Source of the DNA: Lingula anatina
Taxonomy: Eukaryota; Animalia; Brachiopoda
NCBI GenBank assembly: GCA_051362555.1
Contig: CM120648.1
Coordinates: forward strand, 2,271,721 to 2,335,720
DNA length: 64,000 bases
Reading direction: 5' to 3'
Shown here piece by piece: positions 13,463 to 26,436 of this stretch. How positions within the stretch are numbered: position 1 is the stretch's first letter; every line of letters starts with the position of its first letter. The notes beneath the pieces are model-generated. The model searched no databases, was not told the DNA's origin, and saw only the letters and a list, made by a program, of their open reading frames with translations. The position numbers and the translations under genes were made by a program.

Positions 13463-14650
13463 TGTAAATAAATTGGTTTATAAACATGTTCATTATGTTA
13501 ACATTGCAAAGACACTATTTGGACGTGGTCTGGGCCATTAAGGAAGTGTACTAGATTGGGATCTGGTCTATCACACACACACATATATTCCCCAAGAACA
13601 ATTCTGGTGATTTTCCACTAGTGACATTGACCATCGGTCGGCAGATATACCTTATGTGACACAGATAAATTACAAGTACAACGATAAAAAAAAGAAAAAA
13701 AATAACAAGTACTCTACGCTACTGATTCATATTGTGACAGAATTTTATTCAGGTATAAGCAAATCATTAAACCTCCATTATTGCAAGCTGCTACTCGTTA
13801 AAGATTTTATTATTGCTCCCTGCGTTATTTACCGCAATCAGTTCAATAAACGCTAATCCAATTGAAAAAATAAACACAGAACTGAGTGGACTTGTGACAC
13901 ACAGTATACCAGTATACTATAAATAAATTTATCTTTATTTTCAAGCAAGCCTAACTCATAAAACAAGTTACACATGCAGGTACACGTACACGGAAACGGG
14001 ACGAACAATTCGTTCAATGCGTCCAAGACAAAAACATGCAATACAATAATCTTTTTTTAATTTTTTCTAAAATGCTTATCATTTCAAAAACTAATTTCCA
14101 CCCTATTTCTTATTCAGAACTTATTTTAAAATTGTATATTGGTTATACTGAGTCGGTACTGATTACTTGACCGCGTAACAAGGAACTTCAGTATAGATTT
14201 AACCGCATTGCAAATTCCTTATTATGCGATTGAGTGATCACAAAGATTTAGGATTGAGTGAAAACAATGAATTTTAAAGTTATTTTTACATGCTTATCAT
14301 CTCAAAAACTAATTTTTATTGTGGAAACTTGTATATTGATTATATTGTGCCTTTCCTGATCACTCAACCTCGTCCAAACGAAAACAAACAATGTCAATAC
14401 AAAAGAACCTTTATAGATATTTTTAAATGCTTAGCATTAAAAAATAATTATCATTATAATTTCCAGCCTATTTCGTATTTCGAATTCTATTACCAGAACT
14501 TGTATAAGCATAAGAAATGGTAGTAGTGTAACGATTTTGATATTGAATATCTCCATTTAAAATGAAAATAACGCGTGTTTAACTCAAGTCTGTGTTTCTT
14601 TTGTGTGTACGTTAGATTATTTGTTGGCAAATGATTCAGTTGATCTTGTC

Positions 14651-14977
14651 TTAGTCATATTCTGATCTGCTGATTTCGGCAGGGAATGCAAGAATACGGC
14701 CGTCTATGTTTTTTCTGTCTTTCCATGTCGAAAGTGAATCACTATAAATGGCACTACAGTAATAAGAATGCAAGAATAGGACCGTCTATGTCTTTTCTGC
14801 CTTTCCATGTTGCAAGTTATACAGTAATTAGCTGTAACCAGATCCTTGTAAGGGGTCACGACTGCGTGCAACATTTTGGCAAACTTGTCATATCTGTCTT
14901 TGGTCTTTCGAGTCAGCTGGTCTCCTTTAGTTAGAATACCAAAAAGGTTAAACTCTGAAATACAAAAGTTCTTTCGT
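14651..14977 (-). pseudogene. IFI44-like exon 2 only, with internal tandem duplication
   Basis: Homologous to 35300-35562 (FGILTKGD...AEISRSEYD*); exon 1 is absent. Confidence 0.75.
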
Positions 14978-15074
14978 CTATTAAAAAGAAGATAACAACT
15001 ATCGTAAGTGAAAGCATCTGTGTGTATAAATTACAACATGCATAGAATTGCGAGAGAGTCAAAGAGGTGAAATA

Positions 15075-15810
15075 TGAGTTTCCACCAGTACTCCAAAATT
15101 CACGGCTCTTCAAACGTGTAGCGTGTTTGAAGCAAAACTTACAAGTTTTATGGCGCTCAGTGAATGTGGGAGAATACCGTTATATGTAACCTATATATCC
15201 AGGTGTGTCAAGTATTGGACAAGATTGGGGAGATACCCAAGACAGTGCAATATTTTACTGCGTCAGTTGGACTCAGCAGGAAGGACGACGTGGGCGACCC
15301 ATATAAAACACCTTTTCCAGTCCTGTTTCGGCTTTGCCTGGATCGCGGACGAGTTAGAAGATGCTACTGAGTAAATTAACCAATTTACGACACGAGTGAC
15401 AGACTGTGCATTACAAAAACATTTGCTGATATATACACATCATCAAAGTGCTAATCATACGAAACTTTACAAAACTGTTTTAAATCCAGAAAGTTATTTG
15501 TCATTGCCATTGTTTTATATACAGAAACGTACGTTATCAGATATCCGCTGCTGAACCAACAGTCTCATGATTGAGAAAGGAAGTCACATAAATATAGGAA
15601 AAGACAGTAGATTTTGTCCATATTGTTTAACTCATAAAGTTTATACTATAGAAAATGAGATACACTTTCTACTACTCTGTCCGTTGTTTAGTGATTTGAG
15701 GGAGATATATTTCAAAACAAGATGGACAAAACAGTAATAATGAACGATTATTTGGAATTCGTCTGACATTAGTACGGGTGGCATATTTAACAAGATTTTT
15801 AACTAGTGCA
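15075..15810 (+). mobile_element. Non-LTR retrotransposon (LINE) ORF2 C-terminal fragment
   Basis: SECGRIPL..CVKYWTRL..WATHIKHL..FGFAW, then FCPYC...IENEIHFLLLCPLFSDLR (CCHC-like C-terminus); broken frames. Confidence 0.7.
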
Positions 15811-16063
15811 TTATAACCTATTATAACCTGATATTTGCTTTTTGTTGCAATTTATTCTTGATTTTTGTATACAGCACAGGTTAATATTGAGCTTTTTAAT
15901 CCTGAATTCTTCTCATATACCTGTGGCAATAGACAGAAGCAGCGGCAGGTGGGATTACCAGTTTATGTTTTTGTTTATGTTTTTAAATTTTTCAGTAGAT
16001 TTTAGATGACTGATTTCAGTCCTTCTTCTCTTTTTTTGACCGATTTCGTAGAAAGTTTGAAAA

Positions 16064-17407
16064 TTAGACTTGGTGATCTACAGATTCATCTGACACCCTA
16101 GTGTCAGTAAAGGCACGTTCAACAAACTTTTTCATAAACTCCAGTTGGAACTTAGATGGACGGCTGTCCACTGTGACCAAGGCGATGTTTTCAGACAAAG
16201 CGTCTCCGTTCTCTGTTGTACCGGGGATGTCTTGGCAAGGGTGGTCTAACAGCGTCGTCCGACTTCGTCCTTTCATGTATAGCTCCTGGCCCTGTCGTAG
16301 GACGATGTCGTAGATTTTTTCATCGTCCAGCTTTTCCCTATTAGGTGTCTTCTTTTCTCCGAATATGATTATCAACACCATTGCTGTAAGACAAGCAACA
16401 TGCAATACTTAGTTCAAAATAAAATACTGAACACAACACAAGCGATTTGCTATTCTTATAAAGGTTTAGAAATTATTCCATCATTAGTATTCCTTTTGCT
16501 CAGTCTTCTACATGTAACCGCGAGTGCAGAGGCATAATAAACATAAACACCCACCTTGTAAGGACCCAGCGTCTTCTATAAGTTTGGTGAATACCTTGCT
16601 ACTACTCAAGTACATTCGCCCGGTGTTCTTTGCTAGACAACAGATCACGAGCTGGCACTCTGGTGGTAACACGGGGTCCCTGGTGAGAGGGACGATCTCT
16701 GGGCAGAAGTTCTTTCTGAACATAGCCTGTAGTTTGTTTGCTGTCTCAGAACTCAAAACACCGACGAATGTTCTCTGTATGTTTTCGTCAGGACGAGGAA
16801 TAGCCATCAAATCTTCCTCCTGTAAATTAAAAGTATTTAACTCATTCTTAAATATACATTTGGAAGACACATGTCTTACACCTTATTAGCTTGTGCTAAA
16901 TTCCGACAAGTAGTGTATAGTAGTGTAGAAGTATAGTATTGCGAAAAACATTTATAAATACTGCAACCTAGCTACACTCTATTGTAATTTTTGAGTAAGT
17001 TATCAAATGCAAACTAGTATAAGTTCATGCTTCCTTGATAGCTTACATTAAAAGTGCCTGGCCTCAACTTTTGGTAGATGCTTTGTAGGCCTACATGTTC
17101 CCTTTCGACTGAAATACGGTAATCTAATGTTATTATTTAATAACCTTATATTTCTCTATGGAAATACAAACAACAAGCGGACCTTCCGATATTCAATAAA
17201 CGTTATTACACAATTTTATAGGTGATATTCGTTTAAAAACCAGCATTATTTAAGTGATAGAAAGCACGCTGCAACAATATTTTCTTATAATACGTACAAA
17301 TACCCAAAGATGAATCCCCACCCTTCGGTATGTGGGAGTGATCGTCTGCTTTTGCAGTCGGGCCAGGCCTTTTAACCTATTATATATATAGCCAGTAAGT
17401 ATTTTCC

Positions 17408-17472
<65 letters not shown>

Positions 17473-19721
17473 ACACACACTGGACAAAAGAAGTGTCACC
17501 CCTACTGAGCCAATACTATGGGGGAGATAAATGACTGTGGAATGATATGCTCCTAGTATCATTTTATTAAAGCAATAATAACTCTTCGTTTCGGCCAAAA
17601 AATGAATTTTTCTGGAGTAAACAACAATTTTCCCATACTTACCAATGGTTAATGAATCCATTTTTACATTCAAAGTTAGTCCCTGTTTTTTTTCTAAAAA
17701 GTTTGTTTTTTTGTTAAAATCTCTGAAGAGATTTTAACAGAGTATAGACATCAGTGGAGGTCACGTGGTCTAAAGACAAGTTCAAATATCAGAATAAAAG
17801 CTATAACTGCTGTTTTTGTGGTAAAACAGAATATATTATATTTCTATGAGTTATTCACAAGGTTTTTATTGTGAAATATAGGTCTCATACGAAGAGTTAT
17901 TATCCCTTTAACATCAAATTTCACAAAAAAATCACAAAATGAGAACAAAATATACATTCTACCAAAATATGCAGTTTCAAGTCCAAAATTAGTACTTAGT
18001 GGCATAGCCACATGACCTAATAATAGGTGCCAGTCTACGAAGCAAGGATTCATATAATTGTCTGATGCGTTCAGGGCTTATGCTGGCCCAAGCATGAAAC
18101 ACTGAATATAACAGAGTTTCTCTGCTGGTTAGACGGGCATTCGTAAAAAGTTTTGACATATAAATCCACACATTTTCTATTATGTTTGCATCCGGACTCT
18201 GGGCAGGCCACATCACCCTGCGAATGTCCTGTTGGTCAAACCAATCATCAACTGCTCTGGGCCTGTGACAAGGAGCATTGTCATCCTGGTGAACAGATGG
18301 ATAATTCCTGTCACCAAACATGTTAGCAATAGATGGTAGCAAGCCTGACTCTAAAACATCGATATATTTTTAGCGATTCATGTTTCCATTAACCACTATC
18401 AATTCGCCCAAGCCATGGATGCTGATGCAGCCCCACACCATGATGAATATGCTGCTCCGGGTTCGAAAATTCAGTGCATGTGGTGCAAATGCTTTACCAG
18501 CAGTTTGCCAGCATAGTACCTCTGTCATCTGAGGTCAGACCAAAGCGACACTCATCAGAAAAACTATATAGGACCAATTGTCATGGACTGTCCAGTTCCA
18601 GATCCTGTTGACCCTAGTTTACTCTACGTTGCCTGTTTTGTAACGATATAAGAGGTTTCAGTCTTGCTACCCTGCTGTACACTCTCTGAGCATGTAACCG
18701 ACGCCTAGCAATTTTCACAGACACATTCTTATGTGTGAAATTGTTCCACTTGTTGTCAACTAACAAGCAGTGTCGAACTTTGACAACCTGGACATCAAAA
18801 TCAGTCGTCGGTCCTTACGGCCAGTATTTTTTCTTGGACGACCCATCAGAGGCAATTTGTCACTTGATCCAGTGTTTCTATGCCGAGACCAGACCCCCTG
18901 CACGGTTCTGACTGAACAATTCAATTGTATCGATATTCTGACATTGCTTATATTCCGCCTCTTCAGGTTAATAACTTGCACCTATAACCGTTAGATAATT
19001 GCCTGTATCTTGCCATATTGGAGTAAGACAGGAATAAAATTTGCTGTACATGTACAAGACCAACAATACAATTCCATGGTATAGCGGTTTTATACTCATT
19101 AGTCACATTATAAGTAGACCAGGCATTATAAGTACCCAAGATCTGCCTACTTTTATTACTCTGAGTTAGGGGGTGACACTTCTTTTGTCCAGTGTGTGTA
19201 GAACATGTCATTAAACACGTTGATATTATAAGAGCACAGCATCAACAACTTCCACAGATAGCCCACATCTAGTATAAGTACCCGTGTGGAGGAGTTGGGG
19301 GAGGGGCGGTAAGCGGACACGTGCCCCACCCCTGGCTTTTGATGGACCACGTCTTGTTCTCTACCGGGCGTCCTGCGAGCTATTACAAAATTGTACGTAG
19401 AATTTGGTCTCATTAAGTAACAGCTAGAAATGTCACTGTTAGATAGTACACCCTTCTTCCCTCCCCTTCCAATAATGCAAATCTAGTTTAAAAAATAATA
19501 AAGTAAAATAATAAAAAAGAATGTATCCATTATATAATGTACACCGTATCTCTAACTAGCAGTTGTATGGCTGCATTATATTTCGTGAGGAAAGTAATAT
19601 ACTTCTTAAACCTACTTTCCGAACATAAAGAAAGTACAAACATAACCTTGACAAAATCTTCCTCAATCATCTCTTCCTCAGTCAGCTTTTCTTCTTTAAC
19701 TTTATCCACTTGGTTTCCCAT
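16064..19721 (-). CDS. Family B copy 2 (exon 1 19647-19721; damaged exon 2 ~19199-19379; exon 4 16555-16819; exon 5 16064-16383); pseudogene or exon-skipping form
   Basis: Exons 4-5 are open and homologous to B1. The start context aacatcggcacaactATGGG is shared with other copies. Exon 2 has TAG/TGA stops and a Tc1 at its donor; no exon 3 was found. Confidence 0.6.
17474..19198 (-). mobile_element. Tc1/mariner element with degenerate transposase
   Basis: TIR CACACACTGGACAAAAGAAGTGTCACCCCCTA; TA TSD at 17472-17473 and 19199-19200; HTH/GRPRK at 18760-18981, FSDE, QDDNAPCH...WPAQSPDANIIENVW (DD34E); stops and frameshifts. Confidence 0.95.
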
Positions 19722-19974
19722 AGTTGTGCCGATGTTTAGATTGAGGGGAGACTGTACCCAACTCAAGTGCAGAACTACTCTTGGTGTTATGAAATGAAGC
19801 TACTACCTTAGTGGAATATGTGGTAAAGAGTTAATGCTAGTTTCTCTTCTATTATATCTCATTGATTCATTTTTTGAGACTTTTTTCCTGTCATACTTAG
19901 TTTCTGAAAAGGCAGTCGATTATGCGCTGCCGGTGTATCGGTCTCGGAATTTTGTTCGCTCACAATAGTCGGGC

Positions 19975-20015
<41 letters not shown>

Positions 20016-20139
20016 GCACACTTGTTCGGACATCATCAATATTTATTGCTTTCGATGAAATATCCCCTCTTTGGCTTGAGAAGTACATGTAGTACATAAA
20101 GGTATGGATCGAGGCAAAGGAAACAAAAGAACGCAAATA

Positions 20140-20820
20140 TTATTATCGGTCCTTCTCACCATTTAATGATTTAACTCAATGGTAACAAATTGTCTCACAG
20201 GAAAAAAATCTTGGTTTGAAACCCGTTAATCTATTGCCACTCAAACCTTATAATAGATATATGATTTTTCCATTAACAATAAAATTCCCCTCTTATTGTC
20301 ATATTCTATTCTCATGACTCAGCAGGGCTTTTTTCGTGGCATATTTAGTTTTAGAAAGGCAAAAGGTTAACCGATCTCACTTTTTTGACTTGTTTGTACA
20401 TCAGCAATCTTAATTGCCTTCAATGCCACCTCTTTTGCTTCGGTAGCAGTTTATAGAGTAATAGAACAAGACCATGGAAAAAGGCGTAGATTAATGTCTG
20501 CCCTTTTCACCACCTAGTGCATGGTAACAAAGGGTCTCACGGGGAAAATTCCTGATTTGAAATCCGTTAATCTATAGTCACTTATTCTTTGTAATACATG
20601 TATAAAATTCCCATTAACAATAAAATTCCCTCCCCGTTGCCATCTTCTGTTCTAGGGACTCACACCTTCTTTATAACAGATATATGAAATTTCCATTAAT
20701 CATAAAATTCCCCTTTCATTACCATCTTCTATTCTAGGGACGCATACCTACCTTTTAATAGATATATAAAATCTTCATTAACAATAAAATTCCCCTCTAA
20801 TTGCCATTATCTATTCACGT
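20140..20820. repeat. Degenerate tandem repeats (~70-80 bp units)
   Basis: ccattaacaataaaattcccct... recurs near 20270, 20610, 20692 and 20775. Confidence 0.65.
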
Positions 20821-21271
20821 GAGAATAATGATAAAGAACGAAAAATAACATCAATATTTATTGAAACGTAAATGACACATGTTGTTTCTTGGAAGCAATT
20901 TCCAGTCGTTTTTTATTCCATTTACACACACCCATAAACACACACGCACATCATATAACCTGTCTTTCAGTGGTTATTAAATTCTCTCAGTGGTTATTAA
21001 TACATGTATCACCTCCGTTTCTGGAGACAAGGAAAGAACTGCATATAAAATATTTAAAGTTCTATCAGTCTTTCTCGTTTCTCCGTATCATTGTTTTTGC
21101 TGTCAATATGGTAAGTGGATTTTACATTGAGGGAAGGAAATTAAACATTTTTGTTCCTGTCTACTGAAGGGGAAAAAACAAAATTAATGTCCATCTTCTC
21201 TTGGCAAACTGATAGCTTTCAATGTAATGCTGCGTAAAACAGTTTCAAAATTGGTGATCTACAGCATTGTT

Positions 21272-24051
21272 TTACTCTTTGGTGGTGAAGGCGCCTTCAA
21301 CAAACTTTTTCATAGACCTCAGTTGGTGCTTGGATGGGCAGTTGTCCACAGTGACCAAGGCGACGCTTTCAGACACTCCTCTTCGAGTTTGCTCTCTCAG
21401 CAGCGACGTCTGGCCTCGTCCTTTCATGTATAGCTCCCGGCCTTGTCGTAGGACGTTGCCATAGATACTCTCATCGTGCAGGGTTTCCTTGGGTGTCTTC
21501 TTTTCTCCGAATATGATTATCAACACCATTGCTGGAAAACATAAATATGTCATACATGTAAATCATGCGTATGGAACATTTTAATGGATATACATTTTTT
21601 ATCAAAGTTTAGATCAATATATTTGTATAGCTAAGTTTTATAACCGCCAGTGAAGTGGAATATTTGACATAGGTACCCACCTTGTAAGACTCCAGCGTCT
21701 TTTATAAGTCCCGCGAAGACCGTGGCATCATCTAAATACATTTGTCTGGTGTTCTTTGAAAGACAACAGATCACTAGCCGACACTCTGGTTTTAACTTGG
21801 TACCCCTGGCGAGGGGGACGATCTCTGGGCAGAAGTTCTTTCTGAACATAGCCTGAAGTTTCTTAGCTGTTTCAGAACTCAAATCACCGACGAATGTTCT
21901 CTGTATGTTTTCTTCGGGACGAGGAATGGCCATCAAATCTTCCTCCTGTAACAGCATTTGACCCGCTTTAAAATTGCAGTAAAACACATGCCATAACCAA
22001 TATTTTCTTGTGCTTAATTTTAAGTTAGACGCTGCAGTGTAAATAAAGAAAAAATAATAACAGACTACAACTGAGCTTTTCAGTAGGCCTAGTGTGAAAA
22101 CACCTTTTATACTGCATCTAAAGTATAAACCTAAAACTTTGATTTTTCTTTGTAATGACGAAGTTATAAAACCCGTATCCAGTCCCATACTTCACTGAAA
22201 ACTTACCACGAAGGTAATAGGAACTAATCCCAGCGGTTGCAGAACGTCTTTTCGCAATGTGTCTGAAACAGTTCTATACAATTATTATATAGTCTTCTTC
22301 TTTCTGATGAAAGTCCGAACAACTAACTGTCCTTCTTAGAAAAGATACATATGTAATCAATTATATAGGTGATAATTATTTTGAAAACCTGCGATTTTTT
22401 AAATGATGCAATATTTGTCATAATAGCTGCTAGTATATGTTCTGAGACGATACGTACTGGTCAATGGATTTCGAAAGCACCATAAGCCGTAGCACAGCCA
22501 ATGAAGGCCACTAGTCAGTTTCACCCAACCCCATCTCAGTACTGCTGTGCCATATGTACAGAGCTATAACAAAATTGGAAGGTATCTTCATATAATGTAG
22601 TTACACTTGAGAAGGACACATGAGATTAGAGGAGGTGCCATACGCGACAACAGCTACTTACATGTATTACTCTCTGGCCACCACAGTAGTCTGTTACAAA
22701 TAGTTGTATTGGTTTTTAGTTCTGTATGCCATTTAAAAGGCTGCTAATATCAGAGAGTAGCTAGGCCACAGTTTACTGCTTGCCCTCCTATACTTTATCG
22801 CAGACAATTTGCAGGCTTTACAAAACACTGTACATGTACATGTACCCCGCCCAAAACTGAGTTGTTCTGATATCACTCTGGTTCTCAAAATTTAGACTGA
22901 AGTAGTCTGTCACATTATACCTATATATATACTATAGTATATAAGATTATAATAGCACTACCACTTAACGATGATATGCATGTAAAACGAGGTGGTGTTA
23001 AAACCCCTCCTTTATACAGGTGCTGTAGTGACATACAGAATTTCTTAAATTTAAATTCTGATTTTATTTTTTCATTATTATTAGGTTATAATTTTATACT
23101 TCCATGGCAACTTACAGCGATAGTAATAGGTATTATCCTCCGACGTGCAAGGTTGCGTTTAAGCCATATATCTGAAATATTTCAATTATTTTAATAACAT
23201 TCAATAATCTTATTCTTTCTAATGTAAGTACAAACAACAAAAACATTTTTGTTATTTTAGGAACGATACGTATAAATATCTATAACGATAATACAATTGA
23301 ATTGGAGACAATTATTTAAAAGCAAGTAATATTTTTGTGCCATAATGTACACCGCTTGTATGCTTGTATATATATTTTGAGACTATACGCACATTTGCAT
23401 GAACCTCGACGCCAAAGGACGTAGCAAATTACAGTTCCACGAGTCAGTGCTCCGAATGCTACCCAACACCATCTTGGTACATATATATACAGCTAAAACA
23501 AAAAAAGTAGATAATTTTATAAAACGTACTTACTAACTTTATTGCGATTAAATATGTTATGTTTGGCAACAACGTACGTGCTGCTTGCACTGCTACACTT
23601 AATATTGTGCACAGAAAAATATCAGGCTTTACAAAGCACTTTAATATAGACCGCACCATAAAAATTCAAAGTCGTTCTTATATATTACACTGGCTCTCAA
23701 AATTCTTTATACATGTAAAAATACTGGCTCCCATTTTCCCCAGAGAATGATCTTAACCTGTTGTTGTTTTTAAGCTTGCTACGGTATTGTAGTCCCATGC
23801 TACAGTAGTTGTAGTTAACCTTAAATCTAAGTGGATGCTTAACTAAAAGTGGTTTGTTTTGACGCCATACACTTTTGTGTGTGTGTGGGGGGGGGGGGGG
23901 GGACCTACATGTACATGTATATCCCGCTATATACCCGGTGCTTTAGGTAATAATAAGCTAAACTCACCCCAGTTGCTAGTTGCCAAGATGCCTTTCTCAA
24001 GCTGTCGATTGCCTGTCCCGTGACATTCCTAGCGTTCTGCTGGTCTCCCAT
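21272..24051 (-). CDS. Family B copy 3: exons 23968-24051, 2a 23405-23492 or 2b 22458-22563, 22207-22262, 21681-21945, 21272-21531; 250 or 256 aa
   Basis: GT-AG introns with consistent phases; the frame is open with either exon 2. Confidence 0.8.
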
Positions 24052-24159
24052 AGTCGTGTCGATGTTTATAGCTCCAGGTAAATGGGTTCGACCGTACTAA
24101 TTGTAGAATTGTTCTTGGTCCTCTGATATACTGTGAAATGCTGCAGCTGCTAAAATTTC

Positions 24160-24187
24160 GAAAATTCCCGCTGTCAGTTTCTCTTTC
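24160..24187 (-). promoter_or_regulatory. kappaB-like site (GGGAATTTTC) next to ISRE-like site (AGTTTCTCTTTC) upstream of B3
   Basis: gaaaattccc at 24160-24169 and agtttctctttc at 24176-24187, ~110-135 bp upstream of the ATG; conserved upstream of B4. Confidence 0.55.
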
Positions 24188-26436
24188 ACTGTCTATCTTC
24201 TGCAGGGACTTTTTGCACGTCATTTGGCTGATTCTTCGATTGTAGCTATAGGCAATGAATGCAGTAGACTGATCTGCAGTGCAACTTTGTCGACCTATGG
24301 AGCACGAGTATTGAAAATGTTGTTTGCTCACACAAAGACAACAAAGAATTGCCCTTTGGTATCGTATATCAGCTCTCTCACATCCGTTTAATAAAAAGCC
24401 CCCCTCCATTCTGTATTTGGAGTAAGTCAACAACACTCATTAGCTATTTCAGTAAATAAACGAATTATGTAAAATATTTGAATTTACTATAAAATGTTCA
24501 TCGCAACGATCTGCTGGTACATGGTATCATGTAAGTACATGTAGCGAACGTAGCCTACTCTACTTCTATGATGGTATAAAACTGAAACCAAGAAGAATGG
24601 AAGAGAACAATTACTAGAACCTTTTGACATTAAAAAAGGACGTAAAATAAGTAAGGACTCGCCAGTTTTGAGCTTTGTAACAACATAATTTAAATTAAAA
24701 ATGAATAAATAAATAAATAAATAAATAAATAAAAATAAAAAAGAAGGAAAGAAAAAAGCTTTGATTCAACACATTGTGTCCTCGTACTTGAAATTTTCAG
24801 AAAACATTGCTTCAGTTGCTACCTGCAGCCAACTACCGCAATCGCCATCCTCCTAGGCTGTGTCTCCTCTTGGACGGTAGCGTCATCTGGGACCACCGAT
24901 TGTAAACAAAACAATGGTGAATTGCGAGGCAGAGGCAGCCTCACCTCTTCCAGGGCGACAGATTGATTTTCCACAGATATTCACAGATATGTCTCTAGAT
25001 AAATAGACAGTCATTTTGGTATGATACGCTTTAGCCAAAAATGTCAACAATAATAGCTGCGGCCCTGGTAAAGGGTAATAATACCTAATGATCTTTATTA
25101 ATCAAGTACATTTTAATCAATCAACTGTGAAAAACCCAGGTAGGCCCTAGACACTAAGTGAAAGAAAACACTGAGCTCAATATTTTTTCACTTGGATTAA
25201 AGCCACTTTTTTGTAATTAAAATGACCACATTACTCTTGGGAGAATATAGGCCTACAGATTTTCATAAAATTTTTACAAATGAATCGTTGCTAGCTTTCC
25301 CTGCACTACCTTTTGTTAAATATCCCTTACCTTTGATTATACATTCCTTTACTAGATATTTTAATCAATCTATTTTGATATACATCTATTATATTGTATT
25401 CAATTTTTAATTAAAAGTGTTTTCCTTTCAAATATATATACAATATAATCTTTAAAAATATCATGTATGAAAGTTTTACAAGTACTAATTACACTTTTTT
25501 TCTATAGGCCTACTGTGGTTCCTGACACCAGTGTTAATGGACACTTAAGTGGGGGCTCGGGTTGAATCTATATCACAGATCATTTATTTCGGGTAAAGAT
25601 GGCACGATATGCTGTATAACCATATTATTCTTTCTTCCTTTCTTTTTTGTGGGTGGGAGGGGGTCGCAACGTGATCAACTATTTTTATGTGGCAAACATT
25701 TTCCGCTGAGCAAAAATCTTCACAGGTGAATTTGATCAAGAAGCTGAATCCGCGTAACCCCTTCTCAATAACAGTTCCCCACCCCCCACTCCCCTCCCAC
25801 CCCCACCCCCCACAAATTTTTCTTGTACATAAGGGCCTTCTAGTATGTTCGCTATATAAGCTAGTTTACTTGCAGCACATATAATAAATGCATGTACCAT
25901 TACAATATAAGAAACGCCTTCAAACGTTCACTGGTTTATGCGTACACGTATCTGCATTATAAACAGGGGGAATTTCTCCAGCTTACAGCTGAGTTTCTTG
26001 ATGTTTTTCGACTTCGAGCTACAAACAGGGTACATGTGCTTGTGTTCAGCTTAGGCACGAACGGAAGGGAAAGTCGGCTTATAAAAAAGGTATAGACCAT
26101 TGTGTCTATGTTCTTAGTTATTTAGAACCTACATGCAAAACTTTTATTACTTTGGTTCACTGATGTAGATTGAACAGCTGCATGTACATGGGTGTTCTCG
26201 CTTGTAAAATGTACTCTTCAAGGTCATTTAATGTGGTCCTGAACTTGTTTACGCGGCACAGATCTAATTCTGTCTTTAACGTGATCATCACCTGCTGAAG
26301 TTCAAAGAACAATGCAGTGGTCTTAATCCGTATACCAAATGGAGTTTGTCCCAAGTTATCTTGGAGTTTCTCGGTGCAATAGGGTGTTGTTTTGATTAAA
26401 TAAAGAACTTTTTGATGCATTTGGGTGGGTCACACT

